From NCBI GenBank assembly GCA_035430965.1, contig DAOMHQ010000003.1, positions 1 through 56,957 on the forward strand: a stretch of DNA of 56,957 nucleotides. Reading direction: 5' to 3'. This DNA is from a bacterium. GTDB lineage: Bacteria; Hinthialibacterota; Hinthialibacteria; Hinthialibacterales; JAKPRU01. The notes below the pieces were generated by a model, which did not search any database, had not been told where the DNA came from, and saw nothing but the letters and a program-made list of their open reading frames with translations. Shown here piece by piece: positions 34,224-43,624 of the stretch (positions are counted from its first letter, which is position 1; the number at the start of each line of letters is the position of its first letter). The translations under genes and the position numbers were made by a program.

Positions 34224-35063
34224 ATGCAAATCAAGATGGCGAAACAAACCGGGTATTGCTGGGGAGTCGACCTGGCGATGGAAATGGTGGATAAGGCCTT
34301 GGCAGAGAGCGCTCCACCGGTCTATTCCCTGGGACCGATCATTCACAATCCGCTGACCATCCGGTCGCTGGAAGCGAAGGGACTCGGTGTTGCCGACTCG
34401 GTCGACTCGGTGGAATCGGGGACGGTTATTATCCGCACCCATGGCGTTCCCCCGGAGGTGGCCGAAAAAGCGGAAGCGAAGGGATTATCGGTCATTGACG
34501 CCACCTGCCCCTTCGTGAAACGCAGCCAGAAAAAGGCGAAATCCCTTGTGGATGAAGGATACAGCCTGATCGTGATCGGGGAATCCACGCATCCGGAAGT
34601 GATCGCCATTCTGGGTCACGCCGGAGGCGGTGATGTGGTCGGAACCGAGGAAGAAGTGGCGCAGCTGCCTCCGCGGCGACGCGTCGGAGTGGTTGTCCAG
34701 AGCACCCGGAATCCCGGTCCCACCAAACGGCTGATCGGGGAAATCTGCGAGAAGTTCTCCGAGGTGAAGGTGTTTATGTCGATCTGTAATGTCACCTATC
34801 ATCGTCAACAGGAGGCGGAGGAACTCGCGAAGGAATGCGATGTCATGCTCGTGGTCGGCGGTCGCAACAGTGCCAACACCAAGAAACTGGCGATGGTCTG
34901 CGAGGAACAACATACCCAGACTTACCTGGTGGAAACGGCCGAGGAACTCGATCCCGCGTGGTTCGAGGGAGTGAAATCCGTGGGGGTAGTCACCGGCGCA
35001 TCTACACCCCATGTCGTGGTGGATGAAGTGTACCGTCGCCTGATGACTCTTGCCACTGAATAA
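34224..35063 (+). CDS. ispH: 4-hydroxy-3-methylbut-2-enyl diphosphate reductase
   Basis: MQIKMAKQTGYCWGVDLAM...GPIIHNP...IDATCPFVKRSQ...STHPEV...ICNVT is the IspH/LytB signature with its three conserved Cys contexts. The ORF-track N-terminal extension from 33561 was rejected. Confidence 0.93.
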   Translation: MQIKMAKQTGYCWGVDLAMEMVDKALAESAPPVYSLGPIIHNPLTIRSLEAKGLGVADSVDSVESGTVIIRTHGVPPEVAEKAEAKGLSVIDATCPFVKRSQKKAKSLVDEGYSLIVIGESTHPEVIAILGHAGGGDVVGTEEEVAQLPPRRRVGVVVQSTRNPGPTKRLIGEICEKFSEVKVFMSICNVTYHRQQEAEELAKECDVMLVVGGRNSANTKKLAMVCEEQHTQTYLVETAEELDPAWFEGVKSVGVVTGASTPHVVVDEVYRRLMTLATE

Positions 35064-35073
35064 TCTTCATCCT

Positions 35074-37623
35074 TCATTTCCCATCCAGAGTGCGGCGAAC
35101 CGCACTCAGCAGGCTCCGCGCGTCGAAAGGCTTCTGCAACAGCAGAATCTCTTCTTTCAGGATCCCACGTGCGGTCAGTTCGGAGCCGGGATACCCCGAC
35201 ATCAGAAGGACTTTCACAGTCGGATGCTCTCGCGCCAGCATTTGTCCGAGATTCTGCCCGCTGATTCCGGGCATCACCACATCGCTTAGAACCAAGTCGA
35301 TCTCACCCTTGTGGCTTTCGCACATCCGCAGGGCCTCCTCCGCGTTTCCCACGTCCAGAACGGTGTATCCGTATTTCCTCAAGATCAAAGAAACCGTGTC
35401 CCGGACCACTTGCTCATCCTCCACCAGGAGCACGGTCTCGGAACCGGACAGAGGGCGCGCAGGCTCGCGCTCCTCGGTCGGCAATTCCGGCTTGGCCGGC
35501 ACTCGCGGCAGGTACACTCGGAAAGTCGTACCCTGCCCCGGTTCACTTTCAACTTCGATAAATCCCCCACTCTGTTCGACAATCCCCTGAACGGTCGGCA
35601 ATCCCAACCCGGACCCCTTTCCCACTTCTTTTGTCGTAAAGAAAGGTTCAAAAAGGTGTTCCCGAACATCCGCCGACATGCCGCAACCCGTGTCACTGAC
35701 CGTCAACATCACATACGGGCCGGGTGAGACACCAATATGCTCCTGGGCCTGATCGAGATCCAGATCCACGTTTCCGGTCTCGATCAGGAATCGTCCTCCC
35801 GATGGCATGGCATCCCGCGCGTTCACCGCCAGGTTCACGATCACCTGCTCGATCTGGCCGGGATCGGCATACACCTGGCCGAGATCCGGATCCGGGCGAA
35901 TCTCCAGGCGGATATTTTCACCGATCAGTCGATGCAAAAGTTTTTCGGTATTGAGCACAAGCGTATTCAGATCCAAATTGGTCGGTTGGAGAACCTGTTT
36001 TCGTCCGAAGGCGAGGAGCTGTTTGGTCAGCGAGGCCGCACGTGCGCCTGCTTTCTTGATCTCCTGGACTTCCTTGCGAAGAGGATGATTCTCTCCAAAC
36101 AGGTCCAGCATTAACTCGCTGTATCCAATAATCGGCATAAGAAGATTGTTGAAATCATGCGCGATCCCTCCGGCAAGCCGGCCGATGGCCTCCATTTTTT
36201 GTGACTGTAACAGCTGTTCCTCCAAGCGCTTCCGCTCCGTGATGTCCTGGAGAATCCCCAAGGCTCCATACACCTCTCCCCTGTCATCCCGCACCTGCAC
36301 CGCCGCATCCGCCAGCCATCGTTCTTCACCGCTCCGCGTGCGAATCCGGTAATCCGCGCGCCAGCTCACTCCCTCCGAGGATCGGGATCGCTGCATGGCC
36401 TCATCCGAACCCAGTCCTTCCAGAGGCCCCAAGAGAACCGTCTCCAGTGTGATCTCGCCGAGAAGATCCGGCGTAATCTCCTCCGCACGATACCCGATCA
36501 TGTCATCAATTTCCGACCCGAAATACTCGTATCGGTCCAAGCGATAATTCCGAAAATACGGTACGGCATCCGCTACACGAATCGCCTCCCGATACAGATG
36601 TTCGCTTTCTCGAAGCGCTTTCTCCGCACGTTTCTGCTCTGTGATGTCACGAAGAATCCCCAACGTTCCATGCACCTCGCCTTTATCATCCCGCACCTGT
36701 ACCGCCGCATCCGATAGCCACCGCTCTTCCCCGGTCTGCGCACGGACTCGGTAATCCGCACGCCAACTGATCCCCTCCTCAGAGATCGCACGCTGCACAG
36801 CCTCCTCCAGTGACAATCCTTCCAGAGGTCCCAACAGAACCCACTCCAGCGTGATCTCGGTGAGAAGCTGGGGAGAAATCTCCTCCATGCGATATCCGAT
36901 CATCCTCTCGATTTCGGAACTGAAGAACTCATATTCCTCCGTGCGGTAGTCGCGAAAATACGGCACCGCTTCCGCCACACGGATCGCTTCCCGATACAAC
37001 CGCTCACTCTCCCGGAGCGCCTTTTCCGCACGGTTCCGCTCCGTGATGTCGATCATCATCCCCACAATCCCTCCCAGTTCGCCCTTCGCATTCTGATAGG
37101 TAGCCTTGTAAAAAGCAAAATCTCTCCGTTTCCCGTCCGCACAGCGAACCTGCCATTCATAAACCTGCGTCCCGGAATCCCGGATCAACTGCATGTCCCG
37201 CTCGTGATAAATCTCCGCCAAGTCGCGTGGAATCACATTTGATAAATCAAACATGGATCGACCGACGATCTGCTCTCTGGGCAATCCAATGATCTTCTCG
37301 GCAAACGCTTTGTTGCACCCTTGATATACTCCGGCGGCGTCCTTGTGGTAAATTGGACTGGGGATCGTATCGATCAACGTCTCCAGAAACCGGAGGTGAG
37401 ACAACAGGGGATCTCCCACACCGTCGCTTTCGCGATTGTCTTGCTCCGGACTTCGAGGATCGCGCCCTCCAGGCATCTCGTCGCATGGATTGTCAAGACG
37501 GTTCTTCTGCTCCGCGCCGGCGATTTGAGCGCGAAGAACTTCCAACTCTTCGATCAATTGTGCCTTGGTTTTTTCAGAGTCTCTCATGGACCGATCCTTT
37601 GAACGATCAAACGTCGATCCCAT
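35074..37623 (-). CDS. Hybrid sensor histidine kinase (coiled coil, 3 PAS, HisKA, HATPase_c, receiver)
   Basis: It has three PAS domains with DIT(E)R/QK boundaries, the H-box GGIAHDFNNLL, the ATPase boxes NARDAM, DTGCGM and GSGLGL, and a C-terminal receiver (VLLVEDEQVVR...DLVLSDVVMPG). Confidence 0.9.
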   Translation of the reverse strand: MGSTFDRSKDRSMRDSEKTKAQLIEELEVLRAQIAGAEQKNRLDNPCDEMPGGRDPRSPEQDNRESDGVGDPLLSHLRFLETLIDTIPSPIYHKDAAGVYQGCNKAFAEKIIGLPREQIVGRSMFDLSNVIPRDLAEIYHERDMQLIRDSGTQVYEWQVRCADGKRRDFAFYKATYQNAKGELGGIVGMMIDITERNRAEKALRESERLYREAIRVAEAVPYFRDYRTEEYEFFSSEIERMIGYRMEEISPQLLTEITLEWVLLGPLEGLSLEEAVQRAISEEGISWRADYRVRAQTGEERWLSDAAVQVRDDKGEVHGTLGILRDITEQKRAEKALRESEHLYREAIRVADAVPYFRNYRLDRYEYFGSEIDDMIGYRAEEITPDLLGEITLETVLLGPLEGLGSDEAMQRSRSSEGVSWRADYRIRTRSGEERWLADAAVQVRDDRGEVYGALGILQDITERKRLEEQLLQSQKMEAIGRLAGGIAHDFNNLLMPIIGYSELMLDLFGENHPLRKEVQEIKKAGARAASLTKQLLAFGRKQVLQPTNLDLNTLVLNTEKLLHRLIGENIRLEIRPDPDLGQVYADPGQIEQVIVNLAVNARDAMPSGGRFLIETGNVDLDLDQAQEHIGVSPGPYVMLTVSDTGCGMSADVREHLFEPFFTTKEVGKGSGLGLPTVQGIVEQSGGFIEVESEPGQGTTFRVYLPRVPAKPELPTEEREPARPLSGSETVLLVEDEQVVRDTVSLILRKYGYTVLDVGNAEEALRMCESHKGEIDLVLSDVVMPGISGQNLGQMLAREHPTVKVLLMSGYPGSELTARGILKEEILLLQKPFDARSLLSAVRRTLDGK

Positions 37624-37781
37624 TCCGACATCCAGGACGAATAGAAGGAAATCAACCAGAGGTGCAAAAACAGGACAGCCTGCACAGACAGGTGGACCAC
37701 ATCGGCGGCAAGCGTTAACGCAATTCGGTCCGAATCGTCACAAACGGTGGTATCGGATTCGCCTTGTTACTACGTACCCGA

Positions 37782-40175
37782 TCACACTTTGCCTTCATCG
37801 ACCAATTTGACCAGCTGCTTGCTCACACTGGCCGGATTGGCACTGTGATGAGCGAAACAGCGCTTATTGTTCTCCTGGGCGTAATTGGTCGCCTGCAGAA
37901 TACCGGGGTCGGTGATCGCATCGCTCAATGTGAGAATCAGATCCGAACGATCCACAACCTCCGCAATCTCGCTTTCAGACATCTCTGCCAGGCTTTGATA
38001 CCATTCGCAGTTGCCGCCCAGTTCATCGACAATTCTTCCATACTCATCTCTGTACTGCTCTTCTCCCCCCAGGATCAAAATGGTCTCTCCGCTGAAGATT
38101 TTCTTGACCTCTTCCTCGTCCTCCTGGTTCACGGCTTTTTCGATCTCGTTGATAAAGTCGAGATCCAGGTCATCTCCCCCCTCGTCCTCCATGGATTCTT
38201 CCTCAACCTCTTCCTCGACAATTTCCTCCATCGGCAGTTCGATCTCTTCCTCTTCCACACCCAGTTCTGTAAGGCCGTCCAGGGCATCCAGATCCAAACC
38301 CAGATCGTCTTCTTCGGCAGGTTCTTCTTCCTCCTCAGCAAGACCTTCAAGGATCGGTTCCTCTTCCTCCGCTATTTCGGAAGTCTCTTCGATTTCCTCG
38401 GCAATTTCCTCGGGAATTTCCTCGATTTCCATTTCCGGTTCCGGCTCGGATTCGATTTCTTTTTCTTCCGTAACCGGCACATACTCGATGGACTCCATCT
38501 CTTTCTCGATGGCCGTGAGACGTGCTTCATAGTCTGCCGACATGGCCAGCAGATTCCGAACCTGGTCCTGCAGGTCCGTCACATCTTTCCCGGAGACGGT
38601 GTCCCCGGCGGCGGACACGGCCGCTTTGATTCTGCCCGCCGTTTCTTCGTCCACCCACGGCGGCAATCCCATCCGTGCTCCTTCGTTCTTCAGGATGACA
38701 ATCCCCGTCTGCCGTCCCACAATCGGGATAATCCCCTGTCCTAGCAATCCCGGATCGGGGATGATCTTGATCTGTTCTCCGTAAACTTTGCTCAACGCCT
38801 CCTCTGCCCCCACGGGAGACAGGTTCACCGGCCTGTCCAATCGATCTTCCGGGGCCAGTTGTGCCTCGATGCTCCAACTGGGACCGTGCAGGATCTTCAC
38901 ACCGCAATGCTTCCCCACCACTCCGATCTTGTCTTGCGCCAGGAGTTCCGGATCGGTCACCAGCTCCACCGGCTCCCCGAACACGCCGCAGCAGGCACGA
39001 TGTAATGACTCAATCGGCACGTCGATTCCAGCCATGGTGATATATTGACGCCCAACCGGAGCCGGTTCCTGCTCCTCGACCTCAACCGGTTCCAGATCGG
39101 AGAGATCGACGATTTCTTCTTCCTCCTCTTCCTCTTCAAAAACGGGAGGTAATTCTGCTCCCGGTTCGAATATCTCCTCTTCATCCATGGGCAGTTCTTC
39201 CTCGAGAATATCGGTCAATTCATCGAGATCCGGGATCCCCAGGCTGTCCCCGGATCCCAGATCGAGGGTTTCGTCCAAAATACTTCCGATTTCATCCGCA
39301 TCCGGGACTTCGATGGTCTCTTCAAAAGCGCCTCCCGAAAAAGCACTCTCCACTGCAAAATCGTCTGACGGTTCCACGGATTCATCGAGAATCTCTTCCA
39401 GATCGCCAATATCCGGTGGAACCAGGTCTTCCTCGGTCTCGCTCAGAATGCCGGTCAACGCCTCTTGATCTGCCAATGCAACGGATTCCTCTTCCTCCAG
39501 ATCCTCCCCGAAATCAAAATGCATTTCTTCTGCGCCGTTCGCCATGGCTTCTGCTTTAATCTCTTTCACAACCGCTCCGAACACTTCATCCAAATCGTCG
39601 ATGCCATCCTCATCCGAGCCAAATTCCTCATCGTTTTCCGCAAAGGATGTGGGAAAATCCTCCCCGATCCCTATGCTCTCTTCCTCGGAAACCAAGTCTT
39701 CAGGGATTTCCCATTCGGAGTCAGCACTCGAACGGCCAACCGAAGGTCCTTCGGACCCAACCTTACCCGTCCCCCGTGCTTCCGCAGGTGGTACGCGCCG
39801 GGGCTTTGGGGATTCACGAGGTGCCTCGTCTGCGAAGGTTCGATAAATCTGACTCGCGAGGTGTGCCGCACCCACTCGTCCGTCACGCAACAGCGCCCAG
39901 ACAACCAGGCCCAGACTTCGCCCAGGCTCCATGAACTCTATCACAAGGCTCTTGCGCAAATCTGCCAGAGAAAGCTGCCGGATCTTTTCGCGCTGTGCGG
40001 CGGAACTCCGATCCAACTGCGTCGAAATCCCGTCCGCCGATTCATCGCCTTCCAGCAGCAGTTCTGCCGCACGCCGATAGGGATCCCGACCGAGGTTCTG
40101 GCCGGGTAATAAACTCCGCAACTGCGATTCTGTGCAGCAGCTGCGGATGACCAACATAATTTCTTCGAGTTCCAT
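37782..40175 (-). CDS. Large acidic multidomain protein of unknown function (DUF2325-like C-terminus)
   Basis: This long ORF has GGAG 6 nt upstream of the ATG at 40175; the ORF-track start at 40235 is TTG. It contains two D/E-rich tracts, an internally duplicated module of about 60 aa, a short coiled coil and a C-terminal region resembling DUF2325 (ILILGGEEQYRDEYGRIVDELGG...DLILTLSDAITDPG...CFAHHSANPASV). Confidence 0.7.
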   Translation of the reverse strand: MELEEIMLVIRSCCTESQLRSLLPGQNLGRDPYRRAAELLLEGDESADGISTQLDRSSAAQREKIRQLSLADLRKSLVIEFMEPGRSLGLVVWALLRDGRVGAAHLASQIYRTFADEAPRESPKPRRVPPAEARGTGKVGSEGPSVGRSSADSEWEIPEDLVSEEESIGIGEDFPTSFAENDEEFGSDEDGIDDLDEVFGAVVKEIKAEAMANGAEEMHFDFGEDLEEEESVALADQEALTGILSETEEDLVPPDIGDLEEILDESVEPSDDFAVESAFSGGAFEETIEVPDADEIGSILDETLDLGSGDSLGIPDLDELTDILEEELPMDEEEIFEPGAELPPVFEEEEEEEEIVDLSDLEPVEVEEQEPAPVGRQYITMAGIDVPIESLHRACCGVFGEPVELVTDPELLAQDKIGVVGKHCGVKILHGPSWSIEAQLAPEDRLDRPVNLSPVGAEEALSKVYGEQIKIIPDPGLLGQGIIPIVGRQTGIVILKNEGARMGLPPWVDEETAGRIKAAVSAAGDTVSGKDVTDLQDQVRNLLAMSADYEARLTAIEKEMESIEYVPVTEEKEIESEPEPEMEIEEIPEEIAEEIEETSEIAEEEEPILEGLAEEEEEPAEEDDLGLDLDALDGLTELGVEEEEIELPMEEIVEEEVEEESMEDEGGDDLDLDFINEIEKAVNQEDEEEVKKIFSGETILILGGEEQYRDEYGRIVDELGGNCEWYQSLAEMSESEIAEVVDRSDLILTLSDAITDPGILQATNYAQENNKRCFAHHSANPASVSKQLVKLVDEGKV

Positions 40176-40213
40176 GGCAGACTCCACACCATTCGAGAAT
40201 AAGGTTCGGACAA

Positions 40214-40789
40214 TCAGCTTGACTTGTCGGGCCAATGCTCCCTGACACCCTCCAGATCTTCCGTCTCACCTCCCCGCCCACGGGCCAACGCCGTCAGAAA
40301 CATCACACGGGGATGCGACAGAACCAGAACAATAAACACTTCAAAAGTCGTAATCACCAAATCGACGTTGATACTGTTATCGACGGGTTTCTGCAGAATC
40401 CATTCCAGTATCGCCGGTCGAATCGCCACACCCAGCGTCACAAAAAGATCCACCGTAATCATGATTTTGAGAAGAATCCGTGCCCATTCCCGCAATCGAA
40501 GCAGGTACGCTCCCGAAACAAAGGCAATCGTCCACAACAGCAGGTTAAACACGGCAAGGGACAGGTGAGAAGCAGGGTCTTTTTTGAGGATCTGGTATTG
40601 CTCGTATTCGGCGGTTCCCTGCGCCAGGTTAAAAGCATCCGTTCGGACTCCCCAATAGATCGCCAAATCCCGAAAGGAAACGAGCGCACCGAACGCCGCA
40701 ATAAACAGGGTGACAACCAGCGTCCATCGCAACCATAGCAAGGCTGGTATATCGATAAAACCGTCTTTGGCGGAACGAATCGGGTCCAT
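40214..40789 (-). CDS. Hypothetical 4-TM membrane protein
   Basis: This 191-aa ORF has four hydrophobic segments and I recognise no family. It lies between def and the acidic protein on the same strand. Confidence 0.5.
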   Translation of the reverse strand: MDPIRSAKDGFIDIPALLWLRWTLVVTLFIAAFGALVSFRDLAIYWGVRTDAFNLAQGTAEYEQYQILKKDPASHLSLAVFNLLLWTIAFVSGAYLLRLREWARILLKIMITVDLFVTLGVAIRPAILEWILQKPVDNSINVDLVITTFEVFIVLVLSHPRVMFLTALARGRGGETEDLEGVREHWPDKSS

Positions 40790-40901
40790 GATAAAACGAT
40801 CCCCTGGCGCATTACCGGATGATGAATCGGAACACGCGATTACACTCCAAGGATAGCACAGTCAAACAGGAAACGGCTACCATGGGTCAGGAGAAACTCG
40901 C

Positions 40902-41402
40902 TCAGGCGGCTTCCATTTCCCGCAGAGCCGGTTCCAGGGATGACCGTTCCTCGTCATTCAGATAATCAATGAAAAGTACTCCCTCAAGATGGTCGATCTC
41001 ATGCTGCAGCACTCGCGCCAGAAGACCGTCGGCCGTAATCGTGATGATCTCTCCATCGCCGGGTCGCTGCGCCCGAACCCGGACCTCTTTCGGACGCACG
41101 ATCTCGCCTTCCAGGCCGGGCAGCGAAAGACACCCTTCATTGAACGGCTCCGTCTCCTTGGATGTCCATAAAATCTTCGGATTCGCCAGGGCCAGGCGAC
41201 CGCCCGGTTCCAGGGTGTCAATGACAATCAGTTTTTTGGACTTCCCCACCTGGGGGGCCGCCAGGCCCACGCCTCCCCCCTCGTACATCGTCTCGAACAT
41301 CTCCTTCACCAGCTGCTGCAAGCTCTCGTTGAACTTCCTGATACACCGAGAGTTTTTGCGCAGAACGGGCGCGGGATAGGTCATGATCTGCAATCCGGAC
41401 AT
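40902..41402 (-). CDS. def: Peptide deformylase
   Basis: All three PDF motifs are present: GVGLAAPQVG, EGCLSLPG and QHEIDHLEG. The start is taken at MSGLQIMTYPAP and could be a few codons either side. Confidence 0.92.
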   Translation of the reverse strand: MSGLQIMTYPAPVLRKNSRCIRKFNESLQQLVKEMFETMYEGGGVGLAAPQVGKSKKLIVIDTLEPGGRLALANPKILWTSKETEPFNEGCLSLPGLEGEIVRPKEVRVRAQRPGDGEIITITADGLLARVLQHEIDHLEGVLFIDYLNDEERSSLEPALREMEAA

Positions 41403-41478
41403 ATTCAAGTCCTCGCTGTGTCCTCTTTGCATTTAGTGTATCCTGCCACCTGCGTTCTAACAAGCGTGGAAAGCCCGA

Positions 41479-42198
41479 TTATCCGCCCGATGATGTGCCC
41501 CTCTTCAGCACCGCATACAGCTTGAACAACTCCTTGAACGCCCGCAAAATCACGGCGGGGCTTCCACCCGACTGTGTGCCCGCAACGCGCGGGTAGTGAT
41601 GCACCCCAATCTGCTTGATTTTCACACCCTGACGGGCCATGGTGGCAAACAGTTCCACCGTAATCACGGCCCCTTCCGCGTGAAGCGTCACCCCATCGAA
41701 AAAACGTCGTCGGAACAGTTTGAATGCGCAGTCCAGATCCCGAACCCGAAATCCGAAAAGGCATCGAACCAGGACTCCCCAGCAGAAGGCAAACACCTTG
41801 CGGTGAAACGGGTCCCGGCGGTCGATTCGATATCCCACTATCGCATCGAACTCCCCGGCATGGGGAAGGAATAACTCGATCTCGCCGGTATCGAATTGCC
41901 CATCCCCGTCCGTGAAGAAAATCCACTCTTTCGTGGAGGAAGCAATCCCGGTTTTAACCGCTCCACCGTACCCCCGATTCTGATCGTGATGAATCGCCCG
42001 TACTGGGGGGTATTGTTCGGCAAGCCGGTCCGCAAGCGCCCCGGTTCCGTCCGTGCTCCCGTCATCGACGATGATGACCTCATAATCCGAAAGCAGCGGG
42101 TCCAAAACCGCCACGGTCTTCTCCACAAGCGGCTGGGTATTCTCAACCTCATTGTGGGACGGGAAAAACACCGAAAGCGACAGATCATACCTGGCCAT
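41479..42198 (-). CDS. Glycosyltransferase family 2 (polyprenol-phosphate glycosyltransferase-like, soluble)
   Basis: LSVFFPSHNEVENTQPLVEK...YEVIIVDDGSTDGT...NRGYGGAVKTG...FFTDGDGQFD is a DPM1/ArnC-like GT-A pattern. Confidence 0.85.
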   Translation of the reverse strand: MARYDLSLSVFFPSHNEVENTQPLVEKTVAVLDPLLSDYEVIIVDDGSTDGTGALADRLAEQYPPVRAIHHDQNRGYGGAVKTGIASSTKEWIFFTDGDGQFDTGEIELFLPHAGEFDAIVGYRIDRRDPFHRKVFAFCWGVLVRCLFGFRVRDLDCAFKLFRRRFFDGVTLHAEGAVITVELFATMARQGVKIKQIGVHHYPRVAGTQSGGSPAVILRAFKELFKLYAVLKRGTSSGG

Positions 42199-42351
42199 GA
42201 AACCACTCTCCACCGAAGCATCCTGCTGCCCCGAAGAATACCGTAGATTCCCTCGCGTTGGCAGAGCTCAATGGGATTTCCGGAAAGCGCCGGAATTTCC
42301 CTCCTTAAGACCGGGTGGGGTTGACCGGTTTGTCTCCCATGCCCTCTCTTT

Positions 42352-43605
42352 TCAGCTCTCCAGCATGTGTATCCAGCGCGTCACATGTTGCCCCTGTCGG
42401 GAGTATCGCAGGGTTCCCGTCCGCGACTGCTTCACCGTTTCCGGGGGAGCTCCGAATCGTTCCACATACTCTATATTCCTCAGCGGATCGCTTCTGCGGT
42501 ATCCCGCAAGACGAGCCGTCAAACCGAGGGGAACGGTATGTTCATTGCCTTCCGTGTCTCGAAAAGAAGGGGTGACAAACACCACGCCGCCGCCCGGGCG
42601 GGTCACAATCCGAATCTCCGCCAGGACTTCCCGGTACAGGTCGCTCAGCTCTCGAACAACTTGTTTAGCCCTTACAGGAGGAGGTTCTTTCATGAGCGGC
42701 GGTCCCAGGTAGGGTTCCGTCACCACGCAGTCGAACGAAAGCGGTTCGAAATAATGCCGCATCTCCGTGGCGTCCCCCTGGGTATATCGAACAACCGGCA
42801 ATTCCCTCTTTACGAATCCTTGCAGCCAGTCGCAGTTTTCCCGCGCCGACTTTACCGCTTCCAGGTCACGGTCCAGCGCTGTCGGATCAAGGCCCAGGAG
42901 CATGGCTTCCATCAGAATGCCGCCGGAACCGCAGAACGGATCGAGCAGCGTCCGGGTCTGCGGGCGGCGCGCCAGGTTCACCATGATTCGGGCCAGCTTC
43001 GGCGGAAGCATTCCGGATCGAGGGTCCGCGCAGGGACGTTCGTAATCCCGCGCGCTCTGTCCCGAATAATCCTGAATCCAGCAGGTCGATCCGACCAGCC
43101 ATTCTCCCTTGCTCTTCACGGCTATCCATTCGAATCCCGAATCCAGCATTTGGCTCTCGCCGACCTGTGCGCTGGTCAGCATGGTTTCTCCCCCATGCGG
43201 TTCCAGGTATCGGCTGGAGATCCCCCTTTCGCGAAGCCGGTCTTTGACCTGGTTCAAAAGAGACATCGAAAACTCTTTCGACGGGGCTTTCTTGTCACCG
43301 AACATCGACAAACCGAACACAATGCGACTTCCCGCCTCAAACCGGCATGTCGGCTCCGCCAGCAACAGCAATCCATCCGCCGTGAGTTCCGCGGCCGTCC
43401 CAATACACCGCGCCACGCGCACAATACCCCCGAACAGGTCCCAGAAATCCCGCTGCAATTCCCGATCGTTCTCGACGAGAAGCACGTGCGGGGCAATCGC
43501 CTCCAGGCGGCAGGCGGGTTTCTGCCATTCCAAAAGATTGGCGCATTCCGCAGCACAAAGCAGCGTCTCGCGTCCCAGTTCGATCAGGTAAGTATGCGTA
43601 ACCAA
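42352..43605 (-). CDS. THUMP-domain RNA methyltransferase-like protein (UPF0020/Trm11-like)
   Basis: It has the SAM motif I LLDPFCGSGGILMEA and a motif IV-like VVTEPYLGPP, with an N-terminal THUMP-like region. I chose the TTG at 43605, which has GGAGG 9 nt upstream. The longer ORF-track start would overlap the upstream GT9 gene. Confidence 0.6.
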   Translation of the reverse strand: MVTHTYLIELGRETLLCAAECANLLEWQKPACRLEAIAPHVLLVENDRELQRDFWDLFGGIVRVARCIGTAAELTADGLLLLAEPTCRFEAGSRIVFGLSMFGDKKAPSKEFSMSLLNQVKDRLRERGISSRYLEPHGGETMLTSAQVGESQMLDSGFEWIAVKSKGEWLVGSTCWIQDYSGQSARDYERPCADPRSGMLPPKLARIMVNLARRPQTRTLLDPFCGSGGILMEAMLLGLDPTALDRDLEAVKSARENCDWLQGFVKRELPVVRYTQGDATEMRHYFEPLSFDCVVTEPYLGPPLMKEPPPVRAKQVVRELSDLYREVLAEIRIVTRPGGGVVFVTPSFRDTEGNEHTVPLGLTARLAGYRRSDPLRNIEYVERFGAPPETVKQSRTGTLRYSRQGQHVTRWIHMLES

Positions 43606-43624
43606 TAGCGCAATCCTCCGAGAC

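Noticed and set aside
38100-39722. The D/E-rich tracts of the acidic protein considered as a possible non-coding or misassembled low-complexity region.
   Set aside because: The frame stays open for about 2.4 kb. It is bracketed by non-repetitive, globular-looking segments in the same frame, and there is a good RBS at the 40175 start. It was therefore kept as coding, although read-level validation would still be sensible.
42367-43608. A 413-aa plus-strand ORF antisense to the THUMP methyltransferase. Similar long antisense ORFs occur at 4872-6017, 28095-29069, 29550-30671, 18890-19837, 37764-38744 and 15270-16130.
   Set aside because: In every case the opposite frame carries strong family motifs (FabG/FabD, YidC, TsaD and others) or a coherent TM topology, while the antisense products are compositionally biased. 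They are collectively a codon-bias artefact, not overlapping genes.
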